Assembly: GCA_030018135.1 (NCBI GenBank)
Contig: JASEGJ010000004.1
Coordinates: forward strand, 31 to 64,030
Length of the DNA stretch: 64,000 nt
Reading direction: 5' to 3'
From: Candidatus Hodarchaeaceae archaeon
GTDB lineage: Archaea; Hadarchaeota; Hadarchaeia; Hadarchaeales; Hadarchaeaceae
Positions 58,991 to 64,000 of this stretch are shown piece after piece. Position numbers and translations under genes: made by a program. The notes below the pieces were generated by a model, which was given only the letters and a program-made list of their open reading frames with translations, did not search any database and was not told where the DNA came from. Each line of letters starts with the position of its first letter. Within the stretch, counting starts at the first letter, position 1.

Positions 58991-59656
58991 TTTTTCACGA
59001 AGTTTTGCTTCGAGTTGCAGAATTCGCGCCCCATACTTTTCTCTAAGTTGTGTATACTCCTCACGGCTGAGTTCTCCACGTTCTCGACGCGCCCCTAGCT
59101 CAGCGAGCATCCTTCTCATTCGTTCCAGCGTCGCCCTCAGCCTCGCCTCTTCCGTGGGCACGCGAAGCGCTGCACCACTCTTCACGAGTAGCTCCCGAAC
59201 GTCGGAACCGCGGAGGTATGCTGCGGCTTCCGAGGCTCGGGCGTTGTCGATCACGACGGTGCTGGCAACGATATCGAACAACCTTTGCCTGCGGGGCGTT
59301 GCAAGAACTGCCGCCGCGTCAAATATCCCCAAGACGGTTACCAAGCCCACTCGCCGTAGCAAGGCCCTTGCAAATCCCACGCGCGCGCCGCCCTCTCCAT
59401 ATACCTTTATGTTTAACGCGTGTTTCCCAATGGTTTGTCCAAACGCCCCCTCTAGAGCTGTAAAGTAAATGAGGCTAATCAACAACAAGACTTGTACTGT
59501 CTTCTCATATGGATATGCCTCCTTTAGCAGGAAAAAAGCGGGCAGCGCCACTATCGCGGATAAAATGGCTTGGTCCATCACCCATGCCAGCAATCGCTTC
59601 CATGGCTTTGCCATTACTAGTTCGATGAGCATTCGCTCGTGGACATCGATCATCAC
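58976..59656 (-). CDS. RDD-family membrane protein with a C-terminal SHOCT-like coiled segment
   Basis: N-terminal RDD domain (WKRLLAWVMDQAI...). C-terminal GELSREEYTQLREKY. Confidence 0.55.
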   Translation of the reverse strand: MMIDVHERMLIELVMAKPWKRLLAWVMDQAILSAIVALPAFFLLKEAYPYEKTVQVLLLISLIYFTALEGAFGQTIGKHALNIKVYGEGGARVGFARALLRRVGLVTVLGIFDAAAVLATPRRQRLFDIVASTVVIDNARASEAAAYLRGSDVRELLVKSGAALRVPTEEARLRATLERMRRMLAELGARRERGELSREEYTQLREKYGARILQLEAKLREKSVGE

Positions 59657-59697
59657 ATTAACCTCATGAAAATGGAATAAATTGGATTACGGGCGAC

Positions 59698-61071
59698 CTA
59701 GCCCTCCCTCCCAAGTTCGGCACGCAGCAGCTTGATTATTTCACGTGGGTCGGCTCGCATATTCGTAAGTTGCATTACCTTCCCCACGAGAAAGTGTAGC
59801 GCTTCCTGCTTGCCCGCCAAATAATCCTTCACCACCTCAGGATTCGTCCTGATCGCCTCGGCTACGGCCGCCTGAAGTTCGGTTCGCCCCACCCTCACGA
59901 GCCCGAGCTGCAGCAACAACTCATGTGGGTCGCCGGGGCGCTTGACCAGCTCCCGCAATACAAGCTCGCCCTGCTCGGGAGTTATCTCATCGCTTTTGAT
60001 CATCTTTAACAAGTCGATCAACTGCTCGGGCACAAACTTGACATCCTCGGCGCGGAGCTTCATGTAGTTGAGGATTTTCTTGAGCTTGGTCCTGAACCAA
60101 GTTGCCACAAATTTGGGGTCGACCTCTCTAGCGACGACCTCAAACAAGTTCGCTAGCTCGCGTTCGCTGGCGATGACATTCGCGACGGATGGTCCGATGC
60201 CGTACTGCTTCACCAAACGCTGCTCGCGCAGGTGCGGCGCCTCCACCATACTCGCCTTAATCCTCCGTATGCGCGCCTGGTCGATGACGAGCGGAAATAT
60301 ATCTGGGTCAGGTATGTAGCGGTAATCCTCCTCGAGTTCCTTCAAGCGCATGGGCATGGTGATCTTTTGACTTTCTAGGTAGGCGCGGGTTTCGCGCGTC
60401 ACGGCCTCACCCCGCTCAAGTTTGGCCCTTTGCCTCATTATCTCGAACTTTATCGCGCGGTAGGCGCCCTTCACCGAGTTGATATTCTTTACCTCGACGC
60501 GCCCGCCCCCCTCGAGCGAGATGTTGGTGTCGGTGCGCATTGCCCCACCTGCCTCCGGCCGCACCTTGCCGGAGTATTCGAGCAAGCGGACGAGTTGCCT
60601 GAGGAACTTTCGAGCCTCCTCCGGCGAGTGCATGTCCGGCTCGGTGACTATCTCCACAAGTGGGACTCCGGAGCGGTTGAAGTCGACGGTGCCGAGCGTG
60701 GGGTCATACTGCCCGGGGTCCTCCTCCAGATGAACCTCACGAATTCGCACGCCCTGTAGTTCGCCATTCAGGCCGATCGGCAAGCTGGTGCGCTGGTAGC
60801 CGCTAGGCAGGTCGGGGTAATCATAATGCTTCCGCTGGATGTAGATGATCCGGTCGGCGATGATCTCGCACCCAAGCATGAGCGCTATCTCGATCGCTGC
60901 GTCGACCGCCCGCTCGTTCGGGGGGAGCGGCTTCGACCCCGGCATCCCCGTGCAAATTGGGCAGATGTTGGTATTTGGTGGGACCTCTTGGTAATTCGTC
61001 GGACAGTCGCAGTACATCTTCCGCCCCGTGGAGAGCTGTTGGTGGACCTCAAATCCAATGAGCATCTTCAT
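59698..61071 (-). CDS. gatB: Asp-tRNA(Asn)/Glu-tRNA(Gln) amidotransferase subunit B
   Basis: MKMLIGFEVHQQL... GatB/YqeY. Start at M41 gives a 4-nt overlap with the gatA stop. Confidence 0.9.
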   Translation of the reverse strand: MKMLIGFEVHQQLSTGRKMYCDCPTNYQEVPPNTNICPICTGMPGSKPLPPNERAVDAAIEIALMLGCEIIADRIIYIQRKHYDYPDLPSGYQRTSLPIGLNGELQGVRIREVHLEEDPGQYDPTLGTVDFNRSGVPLVEIVTEPDMHSPEEARKFLRQLVRLLEYSGKVRPEAGGAMRTDTNISLEGGGRVEVKNINSVKGAYRAIKFEIMRQRAKLERGEAVTRETRAYLESQKITMPMRLKELEEDYRYIPDPDIFPLVIDQARIRRIKASMVEAPHLREQRLVKQYGIGPSVANVIASERELANLFEVVAREVDPKFVATWFRTKLKKILNYMKLRAEDVKFVPEQLIDLLKMIKSDEITPEQGELVLRELVKRPGDPHELLLQLGLVRVGRTELQAAVAEAIRTNPEVVKDYLAGKQEALHFLVGKVMQLTNMRADPREIIKLLRAELGREG

Positions 61072-62438
61072 GCCACCGCCTCGTAGGAGCGGAGGACTCG
61101 GAATACCTCCTCTTCGCCGAGGACTTTCCCTTGAACCTGAAGACCCACTGGAATGCCATCCACCTCCCCAGCCTTGACGACGCCCCCACAAATGCCGGCT
61201 AGGTTTGCTGGGATGGTTAGATAATCATAGGCATACATAGCACTTACGGAAATTTTCTCACCCATTTTATGGGGAAGCTTGGGCACTGTCGGTCCAACGA
61301 TTACGTCGACTTTCTCGAGTGCCGTCATTAGTTCTTCGCGGATGATAGTCCGAACTTGAAGCGCGCGCTGGTAGTACTTGCCCCTGTACTCCTTCCTGCT
61401 TATGTGACGCCCCCTCAAGATCCGCCTCAGCACCTCGTCGCCGCATACATCCTCGATGCGCTTGCCATACTTGCGGCCGTCGAACTTCCTCGTTGCAGAG
61501 AAGAACTCAACCGACATTATCAGGTAATACGCCGGCAGGCCCTTCTCGAGGTGAGGTAGCTCGACCTCGACTATTTCAGCCCCTAAATCTTGAAGTTTCT
61601 TGATCGCGCTATCGATGACCTCCATGATCTTTGGATCGGTGAGTTCCCTGAACTTTGGGCTGATACCCACTCGCATACCCTTGAGGTCTGTTTGCAGCTC
61701 GTCGGCGTAGCTGACCCCCTTGGCGTCGAGCATCACGCATTCGTTAGGGTTGAAGCCCGCGATGACTTCAAGCAAGAGCGCAGCCCCGTAGACATCCGGC
61801 GCAAAGGGCCCGATTTGGTCGAGGCTCATCGCTAAGTCGATCAACCCCTGCCTCGGCACAAGCCCGTAGGTCGGCTTCACTCCGACGACCCCACAGTGGC
61901 TCGCCGGGTTTCGGATCGAGCCCCCCGTGTCGCTGCCCAAGCAAAGGTCGCACATGCCCGCCGCTATGGCGGCCGCGCTCCCGCTGCTCGATCCGCCCGG
62001 GATATGCCCCGGTGCAGCTGGATTGTCAGTCGCCCCGAAGGCACTCGTCTCGCCGGAGGAACCGCACGCGAACTCATCCATGTTGGTCATGCCGATGATT
62101 ATTCCACCGGCGGCTCGAACCCGCTTGATTACCTCCGCATCATAGGTGGCGATGTAATCCTCGAGCGTCTTGGAGGCGCAGGTAGCCCGCAGGCCCAAGA
62201 CGTTAATGTTGGACTTCACGCCGACCGTCAGCCCCGCCAGCTTGCCCACCTTCTCCCCCCGCCTGAGCCTCCTCTCGACCGCCTCGGCTTGGGCGAGGGC
62301 ATCCGGGTTTAGCTCGATGAAGGCGTTGATCTTCGGGTTGAGCTTGGCTATTCGCTCAAGCATTCGCTGAACGTTTTCAACAACCGAGAGTTCCCCCTGC
62401 CGAATGGCCTCGAGCTTTCCCCGCGTCACCTCGTCCAT
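61068..62438 (-). CDS. gatA: Glutamyl-tRNA(Gln) amidotransferase subunit A (amidase signature)
   Basis: GGSSSGSAAAIAAG amidase signature. 456 aa. Confidence 0.9.
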   Translation of the reverse strand: MDEVTRGKLEAIRQGELSVVENVQRMLERIAKLNPKINAFIELNPDALAQAEAVERRLRRGEKVGKLAGLTVGVKSNINVLGLRATCASKTLEDYIATYDAEVIKRVRAAGGIIIGMTNMDEFACGSSGETSAFGATDNPAAPGHIPGGSSSGSAAAIAAGMCDLCLGSDTGGSIRNPASHCGVVGVKPTYGLVPRQGLIDLAMSLDQIGPFAPDVYGAALLLEVIAGFNPNECVMLDAKGVSYADELQTDLKGMRVGISPKFRELTDPKIMEVIDSAIKKLQDLGAEIVEVELPHLEKGLPAYYLIMSVEFFSATRKFDGRKYGKRIEDVCGDEVLRRILRGRHISRKEYRGKYYQRALQVRTIIREELMTALEKVDVIVGPTVPKLPHKMGEKISVSAMYAYDYLTIPANLAGICGGVVKAGEVDGIPVGLQVQGKVLGEEEVFRVLRSYEAVA

Positions 62439-62680
62439 CTTGCCACCTCCACGCGCAAATTGCCATGTTCGTCGACACCCGGCGTTATTGCGAGGAACTG
62501 CTTGCGGAAGTCCGCACGCTCCTCATCCGGCGACGGTTGGCCGTCGGGGCGCATGATGTTACATGCCTCGTGGCCGTAGTAGGTCTCCCTCTCGCTCGGG
62601 AGGCCCTCGGCCGCCTTCACGAACGACTCGACGATTTCCTCCGCGCTCAGCTCGATTTCCTTTTGTCTTTGCTCGGACAT
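62426..62680 (-). CDS. gatC: Glutamyl-tRNA(Gln) amidotransferase subunit C
   Basis: Small acidic protein overlapping the gatA start. Start chosen at MSEQRQKEIE. Confidence 0.7.
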   Translation of the reverse strand: MSEQRQKEIELSAEEIVESFVKAAEGLPSERETYYGHEACNIMRPDGQPSPDEERADFRKQFLAITPGVDEHGNLRVEVARWTR

Positions 62681-62755
62681 CCTCTCAGCTCCAGCGTTTT
62701 GTATGTAGCCCAAACTTTAAACACGTAGGGCTTCAAATTTTTACCGGGACCAGCA

Positions 62756-62905
62756 TTGCGCCCCGATATTGTTAACTGTCCGAGCTGCGGCTTCGAGTTC
62801 AGCAAGTCCTACGCTCGAGTCACGGCGTGCAAGGGTTGCCCGATGTCGGTTTCGTCATGCGCAAGCATAAAGTGCCCAAAATGTGGCCATGAATTTCCGG
62901 TGTGA
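62756..62905 (+). CDS. Putative small zinc-ribbon protein (49 aa, TTG start)
   Basis: CPSCG...CKGC...CPKCG. Immediately upstream of, and overlapping, the radical-SAM gene start. Confidence 0.25.
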   Translation: MRPDIVNCPSCGFEFSKSYARVTACKGCPMSVSSCASIKCPKCGHEFPV

Positions 62906-63954
62906 ACATGAAGAAACCAGCTAAATTTTGGGAGAAGTTGCCCGAAAACAGAGTTCGATGCGCCCTCTGCCCTTGGAGGTGCATAATAGCTCCGGGAAAG
63001 GTTGGGGTCTGCCGTGGAAGGAAAAACGAGGATGGCGAACTTTACAGCCTGGTCTACGGCTCGATAGTCTCGATGGCGGTCGACCCAATAGAGAAGAAAC
63101 CCCTCTACCACTTCTGGCCCGGAAGCGGCGTTTTCTCCATCGCTGCCCCGGGTTGCACCTTTAAGTGCTCTCACTGTCAGAACTGGACCATCTCGCAAGC
63201 GAGCGTGCAGGACGTTTCCACTGATGATTTAACACCCGAAAAAGCGATCGACCTTACCAAGCGCTACGGTTGCAGGGGCATAGCCCATACTTACACCGAA
63301 CCCGTGATTTGGACGGAATATGCCATCGACGTTGGAGAGTTAACCAGACGCGAGGGCCTCTACAACGTCTACGTAACTAACGGGTACATCAATGCGGAGG
63401 CCCTCCGGGAGCTCCGCCCTTTCTTGGACGCGGCGAATGTCGATGTCAAGGCCTTCAGCGACGACTTTTATAGGAAAATATGCGGGGTTCCGAGCATCCG
63501 CCCGGTGCTCGAGACCTGCGAGTGGATGGTTGAGCATGGGATACACCTTGAAACCACCTACCTCATCATCCCGCGCGAGAACGACGGCCCCGACGAGATC
63601 AGGAAGTTCTGCAGGTGGGAGGTGGAGAAGCTTGGGCCGGAGGTGCCCACCCACTTCAGCCGCTTCTACCCGCATTACAAGATGACTGACTGCCCCCCCA
63701 CGCCTGTTGAAACGCTCGAGCGGGCGGTGAAAATTGCCAAGGAAGAGGGGCTGCAGCACATCTACATAGGCAACGTGCCGGGGCATGAGGCCGACAATAC
63801 ACATTGCCCGAAGTGCGGTGAGCTGCTGATCGAGCGCTACGGATTTGAGGTGACCCGCTATTCGCTCAAGAACAAGCATTGCCCCAAATGTGGTGCAAAA
63901 ATAAATATCGTCGGCGAGTATGTGCAGGGCAAGCGTGGATGGCTTAGCCTGTGA
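62902..63954 (+). CDS. Radical SAM enzyme of the AmmeMemoRadiSam (AmrS) / PflA-like family
   Basis: CTFKCSHCQNW CxxxCxxC motif. C-terminal Cys pairs CPKCG...CPKCG. 350 aa. Confidence 0.75.
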   Translation: MNMKKPAKFWEKLPENRVRCALCPWRCIIAPGKVGVCRGRKNEDGELYSLVYGSIVSMAVDPIEKKPLYHFWPGSGVFSIAAPGCTFKCSHCQNWTISQASVQDVSTDDLTPEKAIDLTKRYGCRGIAHTYTEPVIWTEYAIDVGELTRREGLYNVYVTNGYINAEALRELRPFLDAANVDVKAFSDDFYRKICGVPSIRPVLETCEWMVEHGIHLETTYLIIPRENDGPDEIRKFCRWEVEKLGPEVPTHFSRFYPHYKMTDCPPTPVETLERAVKIAKEEGLQHIYIGNVPGHEADNTHCPKCGELLIERYGFEVTRYSLKNKHCPKCGAKINIVGEYVQGKRGWLSL

Positions 63955-63957
63955 ACT

Positions 63958-63977
63958 ACCCCGCACTGAAGTGCGGG
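63958..63977 (+). terminator. Stem-loop just downstream of the radical-SAM gene
   Basis: CCCCGCACTGAAGTGCGGGG forms a perfect 8-bp hairpin. Confidence 0.3.
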
Positions 63978-64000
63978 GCTTCCGGGGTCGGAAATTGAAC

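Noticed and set aside
63340-63966. 208-aa minus-strand ORF
   Set aside because: It is antisense to the radical-SAM gene, which carries a clear CxxxCxxC motif.

Overview
This 64 kb window reads as a high-GC (about 60%) archaeal chromosome segment of mostly housekeeping genes. The organism is probably crenarchaeal or Thermoproteales-like, an inference resting on several tRNAs with introns at non-canonical positions and a candidate minimal RNase P RNA. Identifiable genes include pheS/pheT, aEF-2, secD/secF, gatCAB, acs, lysC, metK, arcTGT, the thiolase/HMG-CoA synthase/DUF35 mevalonate trio, and a nep1-rpp21-S19e-PDCD5-L39e-L31e-aIF6-LX-pfdA-ftsY block. Four things stand out. First, a five-gene cluster at 32.5-36.6 kb resembles a soluble Ech-type [NiFe] hydrogenase core: polyferredoxin, a NuoC-like protein, a large subunit carrying both Ni-ligand motifs, and a small subunit fused to a ferredoxin domain. 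An HdrB-like protein with two CCG-type cysteine motifs is inserted in this cluster, and no membrane subunits are present in the window. A NikR regulator with a perfect palindromic operator lies just downstream. Second, a roughly 3.7 kb AT-rich island at 15.6-19.3 kb carries a Cas1 C-terminal remnant, a transglutaminase-like membrane protein and a secreted metzincin. Third, there are mobile-element scars: an IS110 transposase N-terminal stub and a duplicated tRNA-Leu 3' end. Fourth, at least seven frameshifts fall in homopolymer runs (OCD-like fragment, trxB twice, DUF304 gene, MscS-like gene, rplX, and possibly the ferredoxin start). This points to indel errors in the assembly rather than true pseudogenes. 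No CRISPR array or rRNA gene was found.
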